A stretch of DNA of 64,000 nt from Welwitschia mirabilis (lineage: Eukaryota): positions 17,246,295 through 17,310,294 of the forward strand of contig JBOZIK010000001.1 of assembly GCA_051453625.1 (NCBI GenBank). Reading direction: 5' to 3'. How positions within the stretch are numbered: position 1 is the first letter of the stretch; each line of letters begins with the position of its first letter. The notes below the pieces were generated by a model. That model was not told where the DNA came from and searched no databases. It saw nothing but the letters and a program-made list of their open reading frames with translations. This document shows, one piece after another, positions 40,418-52,289 of this stretch. Both the position numbers and the translations under genes were made by a program.

Positions 40418-43400
40418 TTTTTTTGAATGAAATTTATGTTGTTTTCATTACCGAGTACTTTAGAGTACAAACTAATGCATAGAACTAAATTCTATTCTTT
40501 ACTAAGCTCTAATAAAAACCTTATAGATGTGCTTTATTGCCCATTATGCTAGCCCCAGGAGGTCTGTAGTGTAGGCTTGGGGTGAGGTTGCCCTTGACCT
40601 ACTCCTCTCACTCCATAGAGCTTTGCCTGCAGATGAGTATAATGGAGGAGACTATGTGCTATTAGAAGTGAAGATTGAAGTAAGAAGGAAATACCACATC
40701 CTCCAAAAGAGCCTTGGATCTCTTTATTGCTTCTGAAACAAACATGATGGTTGAGAATTGGTTCCAAGATCATACCTAGAGGCTGAACAAGAATCTTTTC
40801 CATCTGTGACTAATCTTCCTCTGTGCTTTTGAGGGGGGATATTCTTTCCTTCCAAGAATAGTATACCAGTAGATGGTAAACTACTTTGTTTACCCCTTTG
40901 TTGGCTCTTTGGGGGTCTCTACGAATTTTGTTGAAAGTATGAGTAGCTTATTCTAAAGGAGAGCTAGTTCTGAAGAAGCCAAGGCCTTCTTCTTTGGAAA
41001 CATTAGCAGCCTACCTGAATGATTAAGAGGGGTAGTTCTGAGGACTACTATTCATCCTACACATAGCTTGAGAGATATGAGATAGTGAACAGACCAGCTG
41101 TAGATAGTTATTTACCCCTAAGTTCACATAAGCCCTTATGCTAGATATGGGGAGATCTTCTTAGGAACATTGAGGAAATATGACCATCTGGCTCCACATG
41201 TGATTTTTCTAGGAGTTTTTAAGTTGGTAAATAGTAGATAGTTTGTAAGTAAGTTGGAATTTGATTTCTTTGATGATATGTAAGAGTTCAAAAGCTTGCT
41301 TTGTAAAAATTTTGACATTCCTTACTTGACAAAAATGGTATATGCAGGCTACAAAAATGAATTTGGGAATGCTGTGTTAGGCTAATTTTGATCTACATCT
41401 ATCTTTAAACCATGAAAGTAGACTGTTCCATCAAATAACTAGGAGGTAAAAGTTTATTAGTTCCAATGCAACCTGAAGAAGGAGGGCATAAGAAGGCATT
41501 TGAAAAAAAGTTGATTCCACTGCCAATCCACATGAGACACGGCTTGGATCAATCAGGTTACCTATTTTGGAGATTCTATCTTTACTAAATAATTTGTTGT
41601 AACATGCTATTCATGCCATAAAGGAGTATTTGAGGATTAAAAATTGGTTCCAAACTAGTGATGCCCACTCTACCTTAGAATGGTGTCCAACTAGATGAGC
41701 ATAAGATGCAGAGGTTGAGAAAGGCTCACTTGATGTTGTCTAATTCACCATCATTGCTGAGAACTACACACAACTTTCTATAAGGGATTTGAGATTTAGA
41801 ATTTTTTTTTAATTATTTAGCAAGGATTGGGCTTTTTTTGGAACTACCAAATGTTAGTTTCTTTAAAGTAAAATTCATAACACCATTTAACCCATAAGGT
41901 GTTTTTTTTTAGAGCTAAATCCTAATACTAGGTGAGAACTAACACCTTGTTTATTAGAATGGAGTCTATTATCCCCAGCCCTCTTGCTGCCTTTGGTTTA
42001 ACCATTAAGAGTCAAGCAATTGGGGCTTTTTTGAACTGCTCTGCTTTACCAATCCAGAGAAATGTTCTACAAATGACATTTATCTCATTAACAACCTTAT
42101 TTGGCAGAATAAAAATTCTGCACCAAAAGGATGATAAGGTTTGGAGGACTACCTTAATTAGTACCAGTCTCCCTGCATATGACAGGAGTTTGGCAGTCCA
42201 AGATCTTACTTTCTCTGTTATCTTAAGGATTAGCTAGAGACAATCTATAATTGATAGCTTTCTTAAGTTTAGAGGCTCCCGAAGATATTTCATTGGAAGT
42301 GTACCTTTTGAAAATCCTAATTACTGAAGGAATATTTCTTTTTGCCCTTGTGTTATTCTGCCAAAAATGCCTAACATTTAGACCCATTTACCTGAGGACC
42401 TAACACCTGAGTAAAGTGGTCTAAACTTGATTTTAGTATATGGATGGAGCTATCATATCCTCTACTAAAGATAAACAAATCATCTATGTAACATAAATGT
42501 GTAATATTAAGCCTTCTACATTTAGGGTGAAAGTGGAATAGTGAAAATTGAGACACATTCTTAAAATACCTTGATAAATACTCAATGATAAGTGAGAACA
42601 GGTGGGGAATAGTAGATCGCCCTACCTTAAACCTCTTTTTCCTAGGAAATAGTCCTCCATCCATCCATTAATAATGATAGAAAAATAAGGTGTGAAAACA
42701 AAGGCTTTAATCCACTCAATCAGCTTGAAAGGGAAACCAAAGCCTTCCAATAAGTTGAATAAGAAAGACCATGAGACTGAGTCATAGGCCTTCTTTAGGT
42801 TCACTTTTAGGGCACACTTAGAACTAATTCTTTTTCTTACATGGTGCAGGACTATTTCTTGGGCTAGAAGTATGTTATGTATAATACTTCTGTGGGGGAA
42901 GTGAAAGCCCCTTAGTCATCTGCTATGATATCCAATAGCACTCCTTTAAGTCTATTTGTAATGATTGTAGAGATAGCTTTATAAGTTACATTACAGCAGA
43001 CAATAGATGTTTAATTTGAGGCCATTGTGGGATAGTTTAATTTAGGAATCAGACTAATAACTATAGAGTTTATGATTTTCAACATCGTCCCATCACAAAA
43101 GAACGATTTGATAGCTTTACATATGTCTACACCTATTATATCCCAGGCAGATTTGAAAAAGTTTGCTGAAAAATCATCTGGGCCTAGGTATTTATCATTA
43201 CTCATCAAATTTTTAATCTCCTCAAATGTAATCGGTCTGCATATGTCTAAGCATTGCTGTTCTAAAATTAAAGGACCAGCTGACAGAATTGAGGTATTTA
43301 GGAGTGAAAATGTGCCCTCTTGGTCAATCTGTTTCTAGAAATGATTAATGATATTTTGATTGATTTCCTACTGATTACGTAGTAGGTTCCCATTGACATC

Positions 43401-44600
43401 ATATAGAACCCTTATTGTAGATGAGAGGTTTCTTTGTTTGAGACAAGCATGAAAGTAGGCTCAGTTTAAATCTCCCTCGGAAGCCCATTTGATCTTTGCT
43501 TTTTGCTTGTTGATTAAATACTGGTGTCAAAGAACTTTTTTATACTCTAAGGATGCTTCTTTTTCTTTTTGGATAAGATATTCTAGCATGGGGGAGGAAT
43601 GTAATTGATTTTGGATGTTAGATAGCTCTTACTTAGCAATAAGTAGTTGAGATTTTAGTGCTTTGACCACTTTGGAGAATCTACCTTTTAGAGCTATTTT
43701 AGTGAGCTTCAGTTTCTTTTGCAAATCAACTAGGGTGTTGCACCCCAAGGTGCTATTCCAACTTAGTTGAACAACATTTAGAAATTCTGGGTTCTTGCAC
43801 TAGAAGTTATAAAACCTGAAGGAAGGGCAAGGGATTGGGGAGGGAAAGGAGGGATTGGGGGGTGGGAGGGAACTTTAGTACCTTTATTAAGATGTAGAAT
43901 TATAGGAGAGTGGTCCAAGAGGCCTGACAGGAGGAATTCAGCAAAAGATTAAGGGTGTGAGTCTAATCATAGACTATACACAAGGACCCTGTCCAACTTA
44001 CACTGGATTCTTTTCCAAGTTTGGTGCTTATCTAACCACGAGAAAAAACAACAAATTTGCTTTAGATCTAAAAGTTGAGTGGTTAGAAATAGGTTTTTGG
44101 ACTCCTCTATGTCTTTGATGGAAACTAGAGCTCCATTTAATTTTTCACTAGGGCTTGCAATGTAATTAAGATCACCCATCGGAGTCCATAGAGTGCTTAC
44201 ATCCTTATTGATATTAAGGATATCTGTCCACAGGGACTGTCTATCTTTGAGGGAATTAAAAGCATAAACAAAGGAAAACAACACAATTGCATTATTAAAA
44301 ATCATTTCATAATGTAGCATATGAGGAGAGATGTTTAACTACAATATAAACCATTATGGGATTCCATAACAAGAAAATCCTGTCATTAGATGAATTTGAA
44401 AAATTATGGATAAATTTCCAAGACGAGTTTGGCATGCCTCTTTTTGCTATGATATCAGCTCTGTTTAGTTGAATCTTTGTTTCCAAAATTGCAATGACAC
44501 TAACTTTTAATTGCAAAATGAGGAGATGAATTTCATGTTGTTTATTAGGGTCGTTTAGGCCTATTATGTTCTAGGAAACTACTTTAATGTTGTAGTTTTT
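40418..44600 (-). mobile_element. L1-type LINE, near-complete but disrupted ORF2 (APE endonuclease, RT, zf-RVT) with A-rich 3' tail
   Basis: Endonuclease: VVS*NIIGLN (~44585), ILETK, MGDLN, KLDRVL. RT: GPDDFSANFFKSAWDIIG, SLIPK, LKKAYDSVSWSFL, KRGLR, THLCYIDDL. C-terminal IYHFCQVRN (~41345-41315). A-rich end at ~40418-40425. Confidence 0.92.
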
Positions 44601-45825
44601 AGAGGATCAGATCCTCCTTTCCCCTTTCCCCTTTTTGATTTGCAATGTGTAGAAGAGTTACCAAGATATTTTGAACCAGTTTCGGTGGTAGACACAACCT
44701 TGTCTGAAACCTGCATTTGATACTCTGCCTGTCAATATTATGCCTTTCCTCATCCTTAGATTGAGCAGTTTATGCGGTTTCCTCCTTCGCTGCCTCCACT
44801 TCTCCATGCTTGCGCTTAATGCCCTCACTCAGTCCACCCAGTGTAGTCTGGAAGATCATTACTCCTTGAATAAACTTTCATGTTAGCCCAAAATTATGAT
44901 TAATAATTAAAGATGTTATAATTTTATAGTAAGTTTAAATTATCTAGTGTAATGAATTGATATGTTAAATCATTTTTTAGGTAAATATTTTAGAGTTATT
45001 ATATATAATTATAAATTTGAAGTAATCCATTTTAGCATTTATCACATATTTGCTAGTATGACATGAAATTTTACCTATTTTATTGAGATTCTAATATTGT
45101 ATATGATTATGTTGCTTATATTTCACTTTACTACTATAAAATACTAATAATCTAGTTGCAAGATGAGTAAAGACATTGTTTTACGTATTTTAGTCCTTAT
45201 TATGATTATTTTATAACCCTAATATTATTATTTATTATTTTCATTCTTATTTCATGTTATAACTAATAAATGCTAAATTTTAATTCTATACCGATTTTTA
45301 AGTTATTTTAAATCTCTGTATTCATGTATAAAAGTGGGACTTATGGATCTTACATAAAACTTTGCTAGAGATCTCTGTCTTTGTTTATAGTGATTTTGTT
45401 TTCTAATGTAGTAATACTATGGAGTCATGTATTAAGATTTTAATACAAGCATCCTTACCACCCATTAGATTTCATATATTAGATCTTTTAATATGATATC
45501 TAGGAATTTAAAATCCTTATATAGGATGATGGTATGCCTAAACCATATCCTATATGAAGCATTAACTCCTTACAAAGCATAAATAATTGATATTCAATAT
45601 TTAGACTAAATATTATTTGTATTTATATTATTCATGACCTTCTTCTAAGGTTTTATATTAGCATTTAATCATTTAATTCATGGGGCATTAAGTTTTGGGA
45701 TTTTATACCATTTAAGCATTATTATAGCATTGGTGGTTTTCATCTTATATAAGTACTTGATCTTTCATGTTAATATCTATTCTTGATATGTCTTCTTATT
45801 ATTGATATTTATTATGATCTTATGA

Positions 45826-46124
45826 TTCTACATCTCATTTCTTTTGTAATTAATTCATTTCATATTTGATACATAATATTATTCTTTATGTGCTTGATAG
45901 TTATAATTGAAGTAAGATCTCAACAATTACTTAATAGATATATTAATCATTTAGGTAAAACTAGAAATCAGAATTTATTGTAATATAATAATTCGATCTT
46001 CTACATGTTATTTCTTTTGTAATTAATTTATTTCATATTTAATAAATAATATTATTCTTTATGTGATTGATCTTTATAATTCAAGGAAGACCTCAACAAT
46101 TACATAACAGTTATATTAATCATT
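45826..46124. repeat. Local direct repeat, ~125 bp x2
   Basis: 45826-45952 vs 45999-46124 (ttctacat...atttcttttgtaattaatt.atttcatattt...ctcaacaattac.taa). Confidence 0.85.
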
Positions 46125-46130
46125 GAGAAA

Positions 46131-47729
46131 AAGTATTAAAAAGTTACAGTAAAAGATACATGAAAATGCATAGTTTTAATGCAGGAAAATTATTTACTCT
46201 AAAAGATTATCATGGTGATTACAATCATAGAGAAGTTGAAACAAATTGATGTTTTGGATGTTTAGAAGAAAAAATTTAATCATGGAGCCTAAAAGGTTAT
46301 TACTTTGTAAACTAAATTCTATGTTTTGACTCATTATCTCATTTAAAGGATATCAATAAAGGATATAAAAAACACCTTGAATTTGTATGAAAATCAACTA
46401 AAAGAAATTATTCTTTTCTAAATATGATATATTTATGGCAATTTCCTATTTTTTCTTCATCAAGGACTAGAGAATGTAAGAGAGGGTTTCCAAAGATGAA
46501 CAAGTTCAATAGTGATAAGCTCTCCTTCATCATTCAATGTTATTTGTTTGCATGAAAAAATTATATTTAAATATAGAAAAAGAGTCTTAAAATTGTGTGC
46601 ATTTATGTATGAAAACATTTAATTTGGCTTGTATGCTTGGAGAAGAATTTTAGATTAATGTGTATTTTGAATCAAAACAAGAAGTTTGCAATGTTGAAAG
46701 ACATTAGATTTACATATATCCATGCCTAAACATTTATGGTTATACAATGGAAAAGAACTTCATCATTATTGTGCTTATAGTTAGTAACCATACCTTGACA
46801 CATAGGTTTTATGAAAATATTACATTCATTTTATGGACACCTTATCTTCTAGCTAATGCCAATCTACATGTTATATATTAATTGACTAAAGCTATCATGA
46901 AGGCCTTCGAAAAATTAATTTCGATGTTCGAGCTAGACCTTAAGATACTTCACTATAGAGCCTGGAAAACCTCTTAGGGCTAAACTATCTCTCCTTTATA
47001 TGTTCTTTTGAAATGTTATTTTCCTTTCCAATGGAATGCTCTTTAGCCTTGATATAATTTTTTGTTTACGTGTTTTCTTTGATACAAAGTCAACTTTGTG
47101 AAGAAGAAAATAGAAAATATTATGTTTAAATATCATATGTATAATATGGGTTGTAAATATTCAACTTTCATTAGATTTTTATAAATTTATTACAATTTAG
47201 CCATTGTAATATTAAAAAATTATTCTTCCAAAAAAAATAAATAATAATAATTCAATTGTTATACACATCTGTTTACCTATTTTCTAAGAAATTAAAAATG
47301 TTTCTCAAATCCAGGGGCATAATAAGGACTTCAGATTTCACATTGAAGCGGAAACCTTCGGTCTGCCGTTCTGTTTTTATGCCAATATCTGCAATAAAAC
47401 AAGGTTAAAGAACAAGAAAAAGCACATGAAAGTCTCAGATAAATCCATGGATAAACTATTCCTTTCAGTAATCAATATCAGCAAAACTCATCTCCTCTGA
47501 TCAGTGATTCGTCTGTCGGTTTCTTACCAACTGTCATCATTGTCAAGACGCCCGGAATCTGGCAATAGTTTCTCCATTAAAATCTCATCTTCCTCAAACC
47601 CTAGAAAAGTTTCAGTCTTTCTCCCGCTATGGCATGAGGAATCGTCTCTGGAAGCAAAATTCAGAAGCTGTTTCTTCTTCAACATCCTCGGAAGCAAAGT
47701 CTTCATCTGTTCACGCGCAAGTCCGTGTG
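46131..47729. repeat. ~1.6-kb direct segmental duplication, copy A (partner 49439-51045)
   Basis: Colinear from tattaaaaagt.aca.taaaa.atacatgaaaatgcatag to cgcaagtccgt, with scattered substitutions and small indels. Ends at a 100-N gap. Confidence 0.95.
47524..47729 (-). pseudogene. Duplicate of the 3' end of the RLCK last exon (paralog fragment truncated by the gap)
   Basis: Open frame GLAREQMKTLLPRMLKKKQLLNFASRDDSSCHSGRKTETFLGFEEDEILMEKLLPDSGRLDNDDSW*, nearly identical to the tail encoded at 51045-50843. Confidence 0.75.
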
Positions 47730-49438
47730 NNNNNNNNNNNNNNNNNNNNNNNNNNNNNNNNNNNNNNNNNNNNNNNNNNNNNNNNNNNNNNNNNNNNNNN
47801 NNNNNNNNNNNNNNNNNNNNNNNNNNNNNTAGACAACAATTTTTGAAATAGAAGTTATTCAGATTTCTCTCCCTTTTCAAGGGTTTTCTCTTTGAACGCT
47901 TTTCGCATTGCATCAGAGATCTTATCACAGACAGCAAAATCAAAGTTTTCAACCAGGCATATTAGCAGAGGCAATCATCTTTTTTAGTTTTTGAAAGGGT
48001 GCAAATTTCTTGACTTGGAGTCTGTAAGCTCTGGCAAGGATCTAGCTGGATAGTCTATAATCGTTTCCTCTCCCTGTGTCTACACCCTCATCTGTTCCCC
48101 TGCTCCTAGTGGTTTCCCACTTCAAAGTTTGTGGACTAAGCTACTCGGCAGTCTCTCCAGCAGAAAGATCGGCTTCACACTAGGCTAGCAGAGAAGGGTT
48201 TTCTGCCAAACAGCTGCTGTGCAAGCCTCACGCTACACCAGTTTAAAGTTTAAGGTTCTCCTTCTCATGAAGTCCATTCATCACAATGTGTTTGTTTTCA
48301 ACTTAGCTATTCTAAGAATGATCTAAAAAAGAGGAAGCATTTGCCCTTTGTCAAGTCTACCAGTTCATAACATGCGTTTGCACCAAAATTCCATAGAAAG
48401 AAGTGGAAGCAGTTGGCTCCATTACCACTGTTACATCTAGACAATGATGGAAGGCAAAGCTTTATGATTAAAGAAGTTATTTAAAAATTCAAGCAAGGCA
48501 ATACGATACTTAACCCATGTAAAAAATTGTTGTGTCATGTAAGAAGACTGCTTTCTGGAGCATGCAATGAATTATGGGACAGACTTATGCTTCGTTTTTA
48601 AAGCAGCTTCTATGATTAAAGCCTTGCTATATATATAAGCAAGGAGTTTTTCTTTTCTCTCTAGTTTTCTTTTTGCATGTGGTTTTTTGGTTAAACCGTT
48701 AAGGTGAAACATGTATATTTTATTTTTAGCACAACAATGATAAAAAGGTAGATATCTGGACACCCAAGCTCCATACGCTTGACACGATCAGTAGTAAGCA
48801 GATCAAAACTTATCACTTTCTGAGAGGCAGGTAGGATGCTTTCCAACGTTTTAGTCTGTATGCGCAGGCACTCAGTGGATTAGATGTATTTCACGATGAG
48901 TGTTAGGTTCCTCAAATTTTTAGTTTATTTAAATCCATAGGCCAGCATAACCTATAGGTATGCTGCCACAGGGAGTAGTCACTGTGATGGTCTACTTTTA
49001 TTTTGTATTTATACCTAGCTTTTAGCTAGGTTAATTTGGGTTTTGTTTTGCTTTCTTATCCCAGTTTTCTGTAAGTGTTGTTCTTTTAATCTATATGCTA
49101 TATAATAATAAATTTCCATGTTTAATTTTGCATGCATTTTTTTCTAGGTGTTCTTTATGAACTAAATATATGAAATCATAGGTTTGATCATATAGAAATT
49201 ACATTTATTAAGATATTTATAGATATTCATATAAACTTTCTAAGAGCTTTTTTTGAATCGTGCACATAAAACATTACTACCTATGTAAAAGCTGCAACCA
49301 AAGACAATCCTATGTGTAAATGGTTTTGGTATAAACACTATTTGTATAATATACTTAATTTACAATTTCAACCTCTTTAATGTTCTGCTAAACTTAGTAC
49401 TACACATGGTTGCCTTGCATTGGCTAAATACATTTTTA

Positions 49439-51045
49439 AAATATTAAAAAGTCACAATAAAAAATACATGAAAATGCATAGTTTAATGCAAGAACATTAT
49501 TTTAATTGAAAAAGATTATCATGATGATTATAATCATAGAAAAGTTGAAACAAAATGATGGTTTCAATGTTTAAAGGAAAAAAAAAAAATTAATCATGAA
49601 GCCTCAAAAATTATTACTTTGTAAAATAAATTCTTTTTTTAATTCATTATCTTATCCAAAGGATATCAATGAAGGATATAAAAACATCTTGAATATGTGT
49701 GAAAATCAACTAATAGGAAATTATTATTTCTAAATATGATGTATTAATGGCAACTTCGTATTGTTACTTCATCAAGGACTAGAGAATGTAAAAGAAGGTT
49801 TCCAAGGATGAATAAGTTCAATAGTGATAAGCTCTTATTTATCATTCAATGTTGTTTGTTTGCAAGAAAAAAAAAATATAGAAATATAGAAAGAGAGTCA
49901 TAAAATAGTGTGCATTTATGTATGAAAACATTTAATTTGGTTTGTATGCTTGGAGAAGAATTTTAGATTAATGTGTATTTTGGATCAAAACAAGAAGTTT
50001 GCATTGTTGAAAGACATTAAATTTACGTATATCCTTGCATGAACATTTATGGTCATACAATTAAAAAGAACTTCATGATTATTGTGCTTATAGTTAGTAA
50101 CCATACTTTGACACATAGGATTTAAGAAAATATTACATTCATTCTATGAACACATTGTCTTCTAGCTAATGCCAATCTACATGTTATATATTAATTGAGT
50201 AGAGCTATTATAAAGGCCTTCAAAAAATTAATTTCAATGTTTGAGGTGAACCTTAAGATACTTCACTATAAAGCCTCAAAAACCTCTTAAGGCAAAACTG
50301 TCTCTCTTTTATATCTCCTTGTGAAATGTTATTTTCCTTTCCAATGGAATGCTCTTTAGCCACGATGTAATTTTTTGTTTGTTTGTTTTCTTAGATATAC
50401 AGTCACCTTTTCGAAAAAGAAAATAGAAAGTGCTATGTTTAAATATTATGTGTATAATATGTATTGTGAAAATTCAACTTTCATTAGATTTTTATAAATT
50501 TATTATCATTTATCCATTGTAACATCAAAAAATTGATTCTTGCAAAGCAAATAAATAAATGAGCAATAATAATTCAGTTGTTATACACATCTGTTCGCCT
50601 ATTTTCTAAGAAAATAAAAATGTTTCTCAAATGCAGAGGCATAAAAGACTTCAGACTTCACATTGAAGCGGAAACCTTCTGTCTGCCCTTCTGTTTTTAT
50701 GCCAGTATCTGCAATAAAACAAGGTTAAAGAACAAAGAAAAGCACATGAAAGTCTCAAATATATCCATGGATAAACTATTCCATCAATAATCAATATCAG
50801 CAAAACTTATCTCCTCTGATTACTGATTCGTCTTTGGGTTTCTCACGAACTGTCATCATTGTCAAGATCCCCAGAATCTGGCAATAGTTTCTCCATCAAA
50901 ATCTCATCTTTCTCAAACCCTAGAAAAGTTTCAGTCTTTCTCCCGCTATCGCATGACGAATCGTCTCTGGAAGCAAAATTCAGAAGCTGTTTCTTCTTCA
51001 ACATCCTCGGAAGCAAAGTCTTCATCTGTTCACACGCAAGTCCGT
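49439..51045. repeat. ~1.6-kb direct segmental duplication, copy B
   Basis: Partner of 46131-47729; includes the 3' flank, 3' UTR and C-terminal coding tail of the kinase gene. Confidence 0.95.
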
Positions 51046-51250
51046 CCGTCTCGAACCGATAATTCACTGCAACGATGCCAACAAGACCTGTAACAACATC
51101 TGCAATCGATGGACGGTTCGCAGCCTGCTCCTGCAAGCACATATTAGCCAGAGACAGCGCTTGGGAGAAGTATTTCACTGGATATTGGTCGCGCAGCAAA
51201 GGATCTGCAACTTCCAGAAACCTTGTGGGATTTACAATAAACGGCCGAGC
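50843..51250 (-). CDS. RLCK-VII (PBS1/PBL-like) Ser/Thr kinase, last exon (subdomains X-XI plus tail)
   Basis: Acceptor tttgcag|GCT at 51251/51250; ARPF...ADPLL...YP...QAL...MCLQEQAANRPSIADVVTGL...; stop TGA at 50845-50843. Confidence 0.9.
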   Translation of the reverse strand, partial: ARPFIVNPTRFLEVADPLLRDQYPVKYFSQALSLANMCLQEQAANRPSIADVVTGLVGIVAVNYRFETDGLACEQMKTLLPRMLKKKQLLNFASRDDSSCDSGRKTETFLGFEKDEILMEKLLPDSGDLDNDDSS

Positions 51251-51355
51251 CTGCAAACATGTGGAAATCTCACAGTCGTCTCAGCATCCATTAAGTCAGC
51301 GTCTTTGTTTCATTTTTTTTGGAAACGGAAAATCAGATTACAGAAGATTACTGAC

Positions 51356-51747
51356 CCACTTAACCAGGTTCTGTTCCTCGTGCGGTCTGCTTTCGTCAAT
51401 AGCTCTTCTTCCAGTGAGCAATTCCAGTAACACAACTCCATAGCTGTAAACGTCGGATTTTGCAGTCAATCGGCCAGTCATTGCATATTCTGGGGCGCAA
51501 TATCCATAAGTTCCCATTACCCTAGTGGAAACGTGAGAATGATCTCCAGTCGGCCCAAGTTTCGCGAAACCGAAGTCTGATAGTTTTGGTTCCAGGTTTT
51601 TGTTTAGCAGGATGTTTGCTGCTTTCAAATCTCTGTAAATGATTGCAGGCTTAACTTTCAGATGCAGGTATTCTAAGCCCTCTGCGGTTCCCATTGCTAT
51701 CTTCATTCTAGTGTTCCAGTCCAGTGGCTCCTTCCCTGCAGCAAGGT
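51356..51747 (-). CDS. RLCK-VII kinase, internal exon (subdomains VIa-IX)
   Basis: Acceptor ctgcag| at 51748/51747, donor TGG|gtcagt at 51356/51355. Reads [12 protein letters not shown]...[13 protein letters not shown]...[62 protein letters not shown]...EQNLVKW. Confidence 0.95.
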
Positions 51748-51846
51748 CTGCAGATTCGAACCGATAGTGAATTTATCGGGGTTCTGTAAAAGAAGTGAAA
51801 ATTGTTCGGAATGCAATGTGCAGAACAAACGAAAAATGTTGTATAC

Positions 51847-52036
51847 TGTGGAGGTGATGCTCCAGAGATCCCTCAGACATGTATTCGTAGACTAAGAGTC
51901 TTTCATCCCGCTCTGCGCAGTATCCAATAAGGTTTACGAGATTCTTATGATGAACAATACTGAGCATCAGGACTTCAACCAGAAATTCTCTGGGGCCTTG
52001 TGCTCCCTTTTTGTTCAGTTGCTTCACTGCCACAGG
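51847..52036 (-). CDS. RLCK-VII kinase, internal exon (subdomains II-V)
   Basis: Acceptor gtgcag|CCT at 52037/52036, phase-1 donor CAC A|gtatac at 51847/51846. Reads [63 protein letters not shown] and splices in frame with the next exon. Confidence 0.93.
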
Positions 52037-52289
52037 CTGCACCACATCCAGAGAACATAACACTCACCAAATCCTCAATGTAAAACCTTAGATCATTATA
52101 AACTACAATCTTTTTTCGTTTATTTATTTTACTATCAAATTTCTAGGTCTGGCCTTTCCTGTGTGGTTCCTAGGTCACGCGCTGAAGCTCCCTCAATAGA
52201 AAACATTGAAAGTTCACTACTTTTAGGTATATGGTCAAAAAACAAGTATATAAAGGTTGTTAATCTTTTAAACTTTATAATTTTTGTTA

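Noticed and set aside
51075-51443. Plus-strand ORFs overlapping the kinase (also 50859-51062, 47504-47851)
   Set aside because: Antisense shadows of GC-richer coding exons with no independent support.
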